Origin: Marsupella aquatica
Lineage: Eukaryota > Plantae > Marchantiophyta
Reading direction: 5' to 3'
Assembly (NCBI GenBank): GCA_973895155.1
Contig: OZ316893.1
Location: 992,860-1,056,859, forward strand
DNA: 64,000 nt
In this document: one piece after another, positions 33,886 through 46,579 of the stretch
Numbering within the stretch: the stretch's first letter is position 1
Layout of the letters: every line of letters begins with the position of its first letter
Position numbers and translations under genes: made by a program
Notes under the pieces: model-generated
What the model was told of the DNA's origin: nothing
Databases searched by the model: none
What the model saw: the letters and a program-made list of their open reading frames with translations, nothing else

Positions 33886-35480
33886 CTTATACTCAGGTGC
33901 TCTGCGCTTCCTCTGTCAACCACACTGCCCAGGGTCAGACAGGGAAAGCCTGACTGATAAAAGAAAAAAGTCCAGGAGATTCCACGAGGTGCAATGAATT
34001 TGTACTTATTTCTCTAGGACTATATTTCACAATGATCTTTTTACAACGAATTGTTCTAAATTGATGACAGACCGGTTACTCTCTCGAGTCCTACGGCTAG
34101 CTTGCATGCTTACCTCCGTCCAAAGATGTGTTTTCTTGTCTCCCTGGCTCCGCTGTGATCTTTGGTACAGAAAACTTGCAAAAGTTATATGACGCCTTTT
34201 CAATTGAGAGTAACGGCTGTCTGTCAAGAATGCGATGATCTGAGAATAGACTTACTGAAATAATTGTCAAAGGCATATCCAGGTAGCTCAAGTATCAATA
34301 AGCTCGTTGATACTCCGGTATTTCAATGTAATTATAGGAAGGACAGAGTCAAGAGCCTATCGAATTGGCACTAAAAACCTTCATCAAGCAGTCACTGTTA
34401 TCCTTTGGTTCTGTATAGGATAGACTCTTAGGGCACCGTGACAGACGTTTATTTGTAAGTTGCCTACACTGTCCTTTCTATGCTATACACAAACCAACTC
34501 TCAGGTGTTTGACAAGAGACTACACCTCACAAATAAAGCCTAGTCAGCATTTGTAGATTGTCTCTATAGCATCCATTGTGATTAGGACATGAATGTGAAC
34601 GCGCCGCCCCCCGCACCCTGCCCCCCCCCCCCCCCCTCCCCCTCCCCCTCCCCGTGGTTCCTTGGAGATGAGAAAAGAATCAAACTTGAAGTTCAAGTCA
34701 AGCTTCATCACATAAGCCTCATAGCTGGAACAAGGGTTTTTGTTTACAAATAGGTAATCACAAGGTTGAATTGCTCTTCAGTCTCAATTACCTGAAAGCC
34801 TTGTACAATGGCTGATGCCAATACCAACCAAACCGGAAGATGAAGGATGAACTCTGCAAATCAAACGTCATTGTTGAGAATGTCTTCAAGCTCGTTTGGT
34901 CACATCATAATCCAACAAAATGGCATGCATACAAAATTAATCATACCTGGGTGTGGAGTTTTGCCTAAAGCGGTCCATATCCAAAATTTCCATCCAGTAA
35001 GCTTCGGTCCCGTTCGAGAGCTTAATAGTACAGTTGTGAGAAATACGATCTTACCTGTTTGACAAACGTTCAAATCAGTCTTAGTAGTGCAATCCTTGGA
35101 GAGTCCTCAAATCTCAAGTCTCATATTTCATCCCCCTTGGACTAAGGAAACAATATTCACTAGGCGAAGGCTCTGTTGGGAAAGCCTTACCCGGGCGAGG
35201 AATCTCAGCTCAACGCAACATTTGGAGGTACCCCTAGAAGCATAGCGGTAGCAGTATCGTCTCCAGGATCAAGTCCTCCGTCATTACGAATTAAGAATTG
35301 CTGTACTCTTCTAAGAATTATCACAGCTTTGGCATCCTGAGAGGAAAAAGTATGAGAATTTCAAATCCCAAAGCAACCACCACCATACCTGCACATTGTC
35401 ATTTGAAAAAGTTTGGCGCAAGTGCTCTTGTTTATCGCCCTCCACGAAAGAACCCTTTCCAACCGACTTGTCCTATATGC
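33886..35480 (-). repeat. Upstream region of copy 3, inverted paralog of 21530-23164
   Basis: For example, 35361-35465 is the diverged reverse complement of 21541-21648, and 34110-34225 matches 22826-22945 and 15180-15295. Confidence 0.85.
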
Positions 35481-37644
35481 CCAACGAACAATCGACGACA
35501 ATTCCTCGAAGAAGAATTTGTGTACAAGTGATATGCAGACCGTGTAAATAGCAAATTGGGCAGGCTTGACAATTCATTCAGAACAACAAGCTGAAGCATG
35601 TGGGCACAAAATTGATCTAGATTGTGATGGGCAATAAAAGAAGCTCCTGAACGGACACATCCTGTAAAGCTTGACATGTCAGGAGAAACAAGGCAAACGC
35701 ACAAATTGCAGGCAGCAGGAGAGTCACCCACGGATTGAGCCAGACGAAAAGGTATCCCGGGCTGAAAAAGAGATTTTGTCCCGCTTCCTTGGGCACTAAG
35801 AGTTGAGAAGTATTGTAGGCCAGCAATTTGCGGGTGAAACGCAGAAGAACGTCGAGTATAGCGAGGGCCTTACTGGGAATTCTCTGCCCAAAGGACATCG
35901 CGAGAGGCCGTGTGTAAGTGGTAGCGCAAACCTAACACGGATCACTGGATCCGTCAGCTTGCAGCTACACACGGCTCGGTACCAGGTCCCCGAAAAGCTC
36001 CTGCAGCAACATTAATAATGGGCTACTTCGAGTAATTCTTAGCAGATGGAGAATGCTACAAGCATTGTTCGCTTGGGACGCCCGGAATTCGGGGTAGCCA
36101 CCGCGGAGCTCCTTGGATTCATGTACAGAACTTGGCGGCGAGGAGGAGGAACCCTGAGAAGGCGGCCCTGCTAAACCCTGTTCCATCACTCGAATTCCAT
36201 CACTCGAATTTTGTCGCACAAACCTCGATCTGTCACTTGGAATTTAACTGCAATGAGCCCAGTCATTGAGTGAGCAGAGCTCAGCTATTCCAAAGCCCAA
36301 CTGCGATTCGACTCGGGGATACGGTTTTCCTGCTGATCCGATTGAGGTGAGGTAAACAAGAGATGTGACTGCACGATGATGTCCTGAGGATTCTCCATAG
36401 CCACAATTATCTGCATCGCTCGGAGAAGAGTGAACTCAAAATCAAAATCAAACTAAGATTCTGTGGTCCTTCGAGACAGTCACGACTCGTTAATTGTCTT
36501 AAAACTAGATTAAACTGGATGACTTCACATTCCAGACTACACGGAATGACTTCACATTTACTTGACCAAAACAGGGCAGATTCACTCATTTCTACAACCC
36601 TAGGTCCTATCCTTCATCTATCCCTAGAAGGACTTCCATTTATCAACATTTAATATTTCGTAATAGTATGCAATCGTAATTTCTCCACGAAATGCAACTC
36701 CAATTCCTAAGGCTCTAGCCAAATTAATATTGACATTCAACTTTCATTAGCAAAAGTCACCAATTCCAACCATCTTTTCTTATAATTATTCTCTTCTCTT
36801 TATTTCCAATCAAATTCAAACGATACAAACTTTGTATACAAATGCTTCCTGTTGTCTTGAAAGCTAACCATGGGTCTGACACAACATCAATTATTCAGTT
36901 TTAGTCAATTTCCTCACATGGATTTCTTCCACAGGACTTCAAACTCTATCTCCAGGCTTGGTGCAATCCACCTATCCTGGGCTGCCTCCTTTGCACTCCA
37001 ATCCTGGTAGGACCAAAGAATAAGACTGTGACACGAACTGGGCATCCCTTAATTATACAGCGGGTTATACAGTAAATCGGGTTTACCCCTATGCCATATT
37101 AAGCAGTAAGTAGCCATAGCGATTTGGATTTCCAATCAACCATGGATTGTTTGGATTTCAGTTGTTTGGGTGAGGGGAGGGAGGGTATCCTCCTTAACCA
37201 TGCAAGTAGAAGGACAAACCCCCTTAATTAATCAATTAAACAAGTATGAGTGTCCAAGTCAATATATCCTTTAATTCTGGTAGATCACATTGCCTAAGTG
37301 CAATCAAAGGGGCGTTGGATATGGGCTACATTATATTGCCAAAGGGAATTCAAAGGTGTTGTATAATTATTAGTTTGTTACTTTCAGTTTATATGGACAG
37401 GATTTGTATGAATGATGTCAAAAACTCATCTACAACAATTATAAGTGGATGTAAAAACAAAAACAATGGCTTGGATTGAGACACCACTTGTAAATAATTG
37501 TGAGATTATTGGGACTCTTATATTGAGTTCAGATTGTCAATGCATGCCAGTAGTTCAGGACTCAGTCCAGACACAGTTTTTTTTAATTGTTTTTAAAGGG
37601 GAAATCTGTGAAGCCCCACAGAAAGGGAAGAGTCATTCACAATA

Positions 37645-37840
37645 ATTTTTAATTTTTTTTAAAAAAGGGCAGCAGTGCGCCTGTTTATTCCAGAGGCCAC
37701 CGCAGCAAAAATCAGCAGGGACAAAAACAAAAACAAACCCAGAGAGCCAAAGCACACAAGAACCGCACTAAAAGGGGCAAATCCACCCAAAGAAAACCAC
37801 TAACACCCCAAACAAAGGAATACAAGCAAGAACCTAGATT
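37645..37840 (-). mobile_element. Possible short 5'-truncated non-LTR insertion
   Basis: T-rich tract at the left end. Flanked by the imperfect direct repeat cattcacaata (37634-37644) / cagtcacaata (37841-37851). Confidence 0.35.
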
Positions 37841-40462
37841 CAGTCACAATAGTTAAACCTAACACCTATCAATCTCTACTCACTTGAACTATCACAAAGT
37901 CATGCCTCTCTGGGCCAGACACAAGTTTAATTAGTGATTCCTCTAGCTTTCCCCAACTCTTTAAAAAAAACCTCACCTATTTGGTTCAGTTGGGAGAAAA
38001 TGAAAAACTTTTTGTACACGGATAAGGTTGATTTGGGCTTCAACTTAGTCCCCCCATATATAATTATTAAAGGCAGAATTAATGGAGATTAATTAATTGC
38101 TACAAGGAATTTTCTTCATTTTACAAATTTGCAAGTCTCTAGTGGGACCTGTAAATATTCAAATAACATATTGAAAAATAAAATGAGGATTAAATCCATG
38201 TATTAGAAAATCAGGGTTCATTGGAAGAAATTGATAAACTTAAAATCTTACCAGTAATAAATAACCGACAGAAGGTAGAGTCGAGGTCTAGGATTCTAAA
38301 GTAAAGGTCCTAGACTCGGACTCTAGGGGCTTGCCACAACTTATGTGGATTCAACCAAAGACTGGAATGATGTTATGTATATATGATAAAATCATATCAT
38401 GCATGATTTGTCATCTGTATTAACATTCAAAGAATTGGCATCCAGGCTTGTAATTAAAAAACTTTATTATATACACAGTACTACCTAGAGCAGATTTATT
38501 AACACAACAATCTATAGCAAGTAATTCAATGACTTAGAGTGCCCATTGGTTATGTAAGTTTGATGTTATTTAACAAGTTAGAGCAAAATTGCATATTGAA
38601 ATAAGTTTGACTAATATGAAGAGGAGAGGAAAGAAAGAGTAGATTATTGATATATGATAGTAGCTACGTACTGTAGTCCAACACAACATTCAGACCCTTG
38701 GTACTCCTATGTACATACAGTTCATGTAACATTTTGCCTTGTCTCAAACACAAATAGTCATGTTTGGTTCTTTGTAGATCTAACAAACTGTTCTTGTTTG
38801 TGACCAGTAGCGGGACCAGTAGTGCTGATGTGACAACACGTGCTTCCATAGATTTTGAAAGGTCTGGAACTTTCCATCGGGTCCGTAAATAAGACAATAT
38901 AGCAAGAAGGGGTCCAGTCCTGCCACATGATCAATCTGGAAAATCCTTCAATAAGCAAAAAAATTCCAAAAATGCACAAACAAAATTCTGACAGTTGATC
39001 GAGGTTGTTTTCTAAAGTGGAGCCAGTTACTCTAAGGTGGGAGTAGTATGAGAGCAGGAGAGAAGTTGCTAAAAGACTTTTCTTACTATAAGCCTGTCTA
39101 AAAGACACAGCCCAGTGCCCTACTACACTTGCATTGCACTGAAGATATCAAATTGAGGCAAGGAAATACGAGTGCGATATATAGATTTTGAAATGCAGGT
39201 AGGAAAAGGAAATGTAAGTCAACAAAACCCTAAACAAAAGTTCTCCTTCCATGTTGTAGCACAATTTTTCTTTTATCTTCTTGTTCCCCTCCCTGCGCCC
39301 TCCCTTTCTCTCCTTTTGCTCTAGCTGGCTCCCTCCCACCTCCACTTTCTCCACTTTCTAGCCCTCCCCCCCCCAACCTGGCCTTTTCTTCCCTCCAACA
39401 TGATTTGAAGAATTAGTTCGTGGACCCCTTGGCTAATAAAATCAGGGGGAAGAGTTGATCTGAGCCGTCTCCATTTCTTATCTCCGGAAATCTCGTCCGT
39501 CCATCATAATGGCCAATCTATGGCTCAAAAGAAAGATCTCAAATAGATCTATGGATGGTTCTGTCAATTTTGCAAATGGGTTAATATTTTTCAAATGAAA
39601 AATTAAACAAATCCAAGCCTTCCTAGCCGTCAATTTTGTTGATTTTACGATCTTTGCCGTCCATTTTGTAATGCCTCTAGGAATCTTATTCATCCATGTT
39701 AGAAGGCAATCTAGGGTGCAATTAAAAGAAAGATCTCAATGAGATCTACGACTGGGTATTTTTTGTTTTGAGAATGAGTGAATAGTTTTGAGTATAAAAT
39801 TCGATGAACTTTCAAGATTCCAACCATTCCTCCTCCCCGATCCTGGGTTTCTATGTGCTCTTCCCAGCATTAATGGCCGTACAATACGAGAGGTCCTCAC
39901 ATAACGGGAGTTTCGGTTTAACAAGGAAGTTATAAAGTTAGTTATTAGTCATTATTTATTATATGAAAAATACTTTTTATAAATCTTTGAATTTAAGTTT
40001 TAAAATTATCACAGTATTCATTAAAACTGGAAATTTAAAAGTCCAGATTGTGATCCTCAAATTTACATTCTTGTCTCTAAAAAGTCCATTAATTTTTCTC
40101 CAAATAAACAATTTTTCAAGACTAAATATACACTCTTTTTGGTTTAAAATTACACTTTTGCACTCCAAATTTGATTTTAATCAATTAATCATAATACAGA
40201 AATTATTAATATTAATTGTATTTGAAATTAAATAGATAACTGACAAACATGTATCATTTGGTCAAAAACTCATGATTAAATTCAAAGTGAGATTAATCAT
40301 CTCATTTATCATAACATATATTCAAGGTTGGCTAGCCATAATGTCGATCCTACTCCAATGGTCAAGCTAGTGTAAAGTCCAAAGTAGTTCTATGACCTGT
40401 GAAATAGAAAAATGATTGCATGACTCCAATCTTGTGTCCTACAATGTACAGAAACATAATGA

Positions 40463-43400
40463 TTAATCATCTAAAATTTCAAATTCTATGCCTCCATGAA
40501 TATGTCTACATGACTGATTTGAACAAGTGAGTCGCTCTCCATTTGGGTCATATAGTCTGTCACGAGTGCAAGTGTCTTTGGGATAACGGTTTTTAAACTT
40601 AGAGGTGAGATCCCTAGTCTTTAGAACTTCCCAGACAAATCGGCGAGGATTTTCTCTGAAGGGACCTGCATAAGACTCGCCCAAACAGTTGTTGACCACA
40701 TCTTTCATATCATCTTCGGTCAGGTTCTCAAATGTAGGGTAGGATTGTACCATATCCCTCACTTCCCAACATATCTCATCTCCAGTGACATCCAAGATGG
40801 TATACTCAATCTTGGAACGCCAAATCTTACTTCCCCACTTATGGGAAAGTAAATCATAGATTGCAGCATTACTTTCACGGTCATCATTTATATTAACAAA
40901 TGACCAAAGTGGATTGTTGACAGATATATATTGTCGGATGTCATAAGCCTTCCACAATTTTCTAAGGAATGGCCAAAGTATCTCTGGTAGAAAAGTGTCA
41001 CTCTCGGCAATGTGTGAGAAGGGAGTTGGGAACAAACCACTATACTGTGGATTTGCAAAAGCCTTCACTGGAGAGTCATCAATAAGTAGAGTGTTTGTAT
41101 CATCATACTTGTCTCCAAAACGACTCCACACCACACGCAAATCCTTCAACATAATATTTGCTTTCCCATCTGCTACGTCCGGTCTTTTTATGCCAGTATC
41201 AAAAGCATCTTCTTGTGTGAAAACAAATTTAAATTGCCTCCGCTCCTCTTCTTTGAAAATCAAATTCATCATTTCATTAGTTCTTGGCCTCCCCGCACAA
41301 GTCCACAATGCGACATCAAAACCTTTGAAAGCCACCTCCAAAAATTGGTGCAACCTTGGCCTTTCCACGTACATGAAATTGAATCCACCCCGTCTCCCCC
41401 AATGCACACCCCGCACAGTTGTTGTAGATCTTAACGGTCCCGAGCTTTTTGTTTTGACGCAATCCCAACAAATTTTGTTCAGGTCCAAAATCAAGAGTTT
41501 TCTTCTTATATCAGAGTGCAATTTAGGAGTGAAATCTGCAAAGATCCAAATGAATCAAAATTATATCTAAAAGATATAAAAGAAGAACTTAGGGTCGAAC
41601 CTGGATCGACCCGACCTAATGGGGAAAACAAACATATCATTTTTGAATGTCAAAGCATTTTGATATATCAATGTAGAAGTACCTTGCTCAAATGCTTTGT
41701 CTTGGACCAGGGTACCGCTTGCTGAAGGTAGACCAATAATATCCTTCGATGGAAGAGATGCTATGACAAAACTCTGGTCTGTCCATATATGATTTCCAAA
41801 CATAATATTTTAGATTATTGTGAAAAATAGAAGAACGAAACCATAATATTAACCTCCACTACTAAATGACCCATATTCATCTATCATGTTATCACCTAGA
41901 TCACTTTGGATATCAGAATTGACGCCAACAGGAAGCTGCTCCACCAACGTTGGCGGCGCAAACACTGGACTCAATCTCAATTTGTCTATTATGTAATCAG
42001 GTTTGACCATTAACTTAGGCGCATCCTCCAACGTTTCTTTCAATCCAACTTTAGGTCCATTTCTCCAAATGAAATGAGTTGCATGACGGACTGTCTTCAT
42101 ATATCCTGTTCTACCTATCTCAGATCCAGACTTTTGAGACAAGCGTAATATTATGGGGCTTCCGCTTGACATCCTTGTGAAGACCAATTTATTCCCTGAC
42201 GAACAAAATTGAGGAGACTCGGAACAAGTTGAAGCACCTGCCTCTTCAGCTTCAACATTTGTTGTCTCTCCAAGTGGAAGGTTGTCTTCAATCGCTTCTG
42301 CAATACCAACTTGTAGGTCCGTGGTGGGTGTAGTGGCCCCAATATTCTGCCAACCTGCATCCAATGTGCACGATACCTGCGGTCTCTCGGGATGCAATTT
42401 TGATACTTCAGGGTTGAGAGGATTTGATGGAGGGTCGCTCTCAGGGCGACCCGACATCACTATGTCGAGTTGAGGTAGCCCTTCAACACCGTAGGTAGTA
42501 ATGCCAACCATTTCTGTTGCTCGAGCATCCCAATTTCCGCCAAAATCCTCCTCTACCATAGGACTTGAACCTCCATCATCATGCTGCAACTCACCATCCT
42601 CAAGGTCAACTCGCTGAGGGCCCGGTTGGGGGTTGTCCATAGGCCCGCAAAGAACACTTAGATGAGCTCTCCTAGGACCATGTACTCCCATCCGCTCTTT
42701 CATAAGGGAGGGAATCCTGTTGCACAAAACCCTTGCATATGCTTGGGTGAAATGGTGTTCTTGCAAAGTGTCTGAATAGACAAAACAATCTCGGTATGCC
42801 AACAAGGCCACCTTCAAAACCTGCCCTCCTGAAAAAAAATCGAGGACAGTCTCCCCCTCACCGGAAAAACATTCAATAATATTTTTGAGCATGTGTCGGG
42901 GCTTGGCATGCGGATTGACAAATCTTCCTCGACTTCCGACCATCTCAAACATTGGAGCTTGCCGCAATAAATCTGCCATATCAAATGCGGGAGACTGCTC
43001 CTCTGTCTCATTCTCTTTTCCCTTGCTTTTCTCTTGCTTGTCAGCCTTCACTTCAATATTGAAATCACAGTCAACATCGGGGTGAAAACTAAATTTTGAA
43101 TTGAACTCTGGCTTAAACAATTGATTCCAATCAAAATTGTCTTCACCTGTAATTCCAGCAAAAATGACCTGCTCAATCGCTCCTGTAAAAATTAAGCCCT
43201 GCGGATTTGGGCGATCTTCCCGATCATAACTCCCGTATTCAACATGGATGGCCAAATGCTTTTCATGTCCTAATTTCCTTAGGGCACTTAAGATGTTGGC
43301 TGGAAGTGGCCCTGGATGAGTAGTCATGACAACACAATGGTTGTATTCCTTGGCAACTCCACAATATATTGGAGCAATACAAAAATTTCCGAATCTGTCC

Positions 43401-46400
43401 ATTCATGTTGTCGTGCCCTACTAAAATCAACAATTGCAAGTGGACACATTGGCGTCGCCTCTTCCAATAACTCTGGCGTGGTTGTCTTCATTAGATTCTC
43501 ACTGAAGAACGTCAAGAAAGGCTCTGTTCATGTGCGCCCAACTCCACCAAATTGTTTGTAGTACAACCCGTCTAATCTCACCATTAGACTTTGAGGGAAA
43601 GCCTCTTTCACAATGTTCTTCCTTAATAAACTGCTAAGGTAGACCTCCCCAGCTGCTCTTCGCAATTTTGTCAGCTCAAGTTGAGATCCCAAGGCCGGCA
43701 TGATGTTGACCACCGAAGCCCACGATGTCCCCCCGGGAAAATTCTCCTTGTGCTTCTCAACAAAGTACTCAACAATGACTTGCTTCAATTTAGTCATTAC
43801 CTTGATGGTATGAGCCATATCTGGCATTGACACTAGATCCATCTTGTTGGAGGCATCTTTCTTGAGAAGTGCTTTCTTCTCATAAACCGCGGTCAATATA
43901 TCAATGATATCCTTAGAACTGATCTCCCCTTCAAAACATCTAAAAAGAGTTGGCGTGACCAGCTTTAGTGGCCGCGGCCCACCATACTCTCCTGCCCCGC
44001 CAGGGAGCTTCCCTGCCAACCAATCCCAACAAACAGTTTGCCATAAATGGAAAAGCTTATCCTCAGCAAAGAGCAACCAAAAAATGGCTTTCAAGCTCGA
44101 CTTTCCCATTGTTATCTTTGCGAGGGCAAACCAATCCTGCATTTACATTCATCCACCAAAAAACATGTTAGATGTTTAAACTTAGAAACTTCAACTTCTC
44201 TGCCTCGCCCCTAGAGCGAGGCGAAGAAAATGACAAAGCCATATGAAAATGGTTGGGGCAATCATTGTATTCATCATTCAATTTCATTTGGGTCACTCTA
44301 AGAGCGAGGCAAAATTAAACTACAGTTCCAACTAATGAAAATGTTTACCTGGTATTTCTGGTTGTCTGTACTTTGGTTTGTTCCAATTTCTGGACGCGGT
44401 GGTTTCCCACATTCATCAAATTGCCTTCTCGCATGAACAACTGTCTCTAGAAAACAAGACTTAAACTGCATGGTCTGATTTACTGCATTTGAAAGGCTCG
44501 AGTGCTCGACCAAAATTGCCCTTGGAGTGAGGTCTGATAAGATCCTCGCTTTCCGATATTGGAGTTTGCTAGCAAGATCAGTTAGCTTGGCATCCTTGTC
44601 TGCCCACCCTTGAATCCATTGTGCAGCCTTTGCGGAATGTTGCCCACTGATTGCAAGAAATTGTATCTCTTGCTTCTTAACACCAAACAAAAATTGCTTC
44701 CGATCGCGTGCGGTATTGTCAAAATGTAACAACTGCTTAGTGCGCTCTAGAAATGGAATCAAATCTGCAACATGTGGTTCCTGGCCAGGGTTTTTCATCA
44801 TTGATTTTGCTATCTCTAAGGCATGAGCCTGGTTGAACATCCGATACACAAAAACTGCAGTAGGCGGAATAATACTTTTAACCGGGATTTCAAAAACCTC
44901 CCTGATTCCAAAAGTGTAGTATTGCTCGATGTTCCGCAAAGCTTTCTGCCCCTCCAATACATCTCGTTCCTCTGGTGCATCTGTTGGGCATGTATCATCC
45001 TCCGGATCCAAGACCAACCTTGCTTTTGACGCTGACACGGGCTTTGATTTCCCAATCTTGGCCTTCTTCTTGGGCTTCTTGTCGGAGTCCTTATCTTTCT
45101 TCTTCAACGCCGCCTTTTTTCCTCTAGTACTTCCTTCACTCCTTGGCTCTCTTTGTTTTCTCTTCTTCTGTGTTTCAGCCGACGTCATTTCTTTGGCCTT
45201 CATCTTCATCTTCCCCTTACCTCGATGCTTTTCTTCCTTCTTCTTTTGAGTTGAAATCCACTTCATGCAAGCATCTTCGTCAAACTCATCAGAGAAAATA
45301 AAACTCTTATCAATTGCTTGCTCATATGAAAAGCGTGCTGTTTCAATCATCCTCTGGACAACCCATGTGTTAGGAAGATCTATAAGGTCCGGATGATCAT
45401 GCATGTACCGCTTCACAGAGAGGAATCCAAAGACAACATCAACCCCACTCAATTTGAATCTTCCATGCCTCTCAAGAACATCCTCTGCAGTGAACCCATC
45501 TGGAAGAAATCCCATTGAACAAATACTAGCCTCCGAGCGTGCTATCCACTCCACGTTGATAATTGACGAGTACATCTTGATTGGCAAGTAAAGTCTCATC
45601 CACTGAGATCTTTCTCTGGATTCAATAATGATTGTAACATTGCGGTTATCACTGCAATTTACAAGGACCACAGGGCCCAACGCAACTATCTTCTTGTCGT
45701 TCATTGTCTTAGCAGTGATTGCCTTGATACAAATCATCGACAAGTCATTCTCCATGATCCCTACTTCAAGTGCCCACGAAAATCCTGCCTTATCTTGTCC
45801 AGGGAAAATAAAGTCCTTGACATCCTCGGCCATAATATTTAACTCTGGGGATCCAAGTTGTTCTCCTGGAAAAACAAATTGAAACGACAAACATTAAAGC
45901 AAGAGATCTTTTGTGTTGCCTTGCCCCTAGAGCGAGCTGGAGACAAGGTCTGCATCAACAAACATGTGGGTTGGGTCGCTCCTGGAGCGACCCTAGGAAA
46001 TCTTAAATCAAGGTCCAACCAACAACAAATTTGGGTCGCTCCTGGAGCGACCCTAGGAAAACTTAAATCAAGGTCCAACCGACAAATAAGTTGGGTCGCT
46101 CCAAGAGCGACCCTAGGAAAACTTAAATCAAGGTCCAACCAACAACAAAGTTGGGTCGCTCCTGGAGCGACCCTAGGAAAACTTAAATCAACGTCCAACC
46201 AACAACAAAGTTGGGTCGCTCCTGGAGCGACCCTAGGAAAACTTAAATCAACGTCCAACCAACAACAAAGTTGGGTCGCTCCTGGAGCGACCCTAGGAAA
46301 ACTTAAATCAACATCCAACCAATAACAACGACAAATCTTAGGCAAGATAGGGTCGCTCTAAGAGCGACCCTTCAAAGACTAACTTGCATCAATTGTTGAA

Positions 46401-46579
46401 TCATACTTACGTGGAACTGTGATATGAAATCCTCTTGAGGCGGCCAAAGCGGATTCCACCGACATCTTTAGTAAAGTGTCTTGAGAATCATACTCAAAGA
46501 TTTTACTAGAATCAAAGTTCAGGGACTGCCCAGAACTAGAAGTGCTAGTAGAATCATCAGAACTAGAGGAAGTAGCCAT
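40463..46579 (-). pseudogene. 5-exon ~1,720-codon fusion gene: ParB-like domain, amino-methyltransferase-like domain, FCP1/SCP(NIF) HAD phosphatase-like domain, Cys/His tail
   Basis: Exons 46579-46384, 45865-44349, 44136-41854, 41778-41683, 41535-40463 join by GT-AG introns in matching phases (1,0,1,1). Motifs: IPVKSI..RMFNQAHALEIAKSM..FLAISGQHSAKA (ParB-like); NPHAKPRHMLKNIIECFSGEGETVLDFFSGG (MTase motif X/I); KLLILDLN..RPRLHQFL..VALWT..NTLLIDDSPVKA (NIF). One TGA at 43528-43530 and one frameshift near 43350. Confidence 0.78.
45971..46371. repeat. 6 x 60-bp tandem array, each unit with palindrome GGGTCGCTCC-T-GGAGCGACCC, plus a 7th palindrome at 46349-46371
   Basis: Units start at 45971, 46031, 46091, 46151, 46211 and 46271. 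The third has the variant CGCTCCAAGAGCG. The array lies entirely within predicted intron 45866-46383. Confidence 0.95.

Noticed and set aside
34607-34653. Poly-C tract (G-quadruplex potential on the minus strand) upstream of PPR copy 3
   Set aside because: Simple low-complexity expansion absent from the paralogous region; no evidence of function.
38720-38940. Exon-like block on the minus strand (IDHVAGLDPFLLYCLIYGPDGKF...)
   Set aside because: Contains stops, is isolated and is not recognisable.
45971-46330. CRISPR-like appearance (palindromic repeats at a regular 60-bp period)
   Set aside because: The intervening sequences are nearly identical rather than unique spacers, there are no cas genes, and the array lies in a spliceosomal intron of a plant genome.
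45839-46345. Repetitive ORFs on both strands (168 aa and 155 aa), and similarly ORF 47586-48059
   Set aside because: By-products of tandem repeats whose unit length is a multiple of 3; they lie in predicted non-coding sequence.
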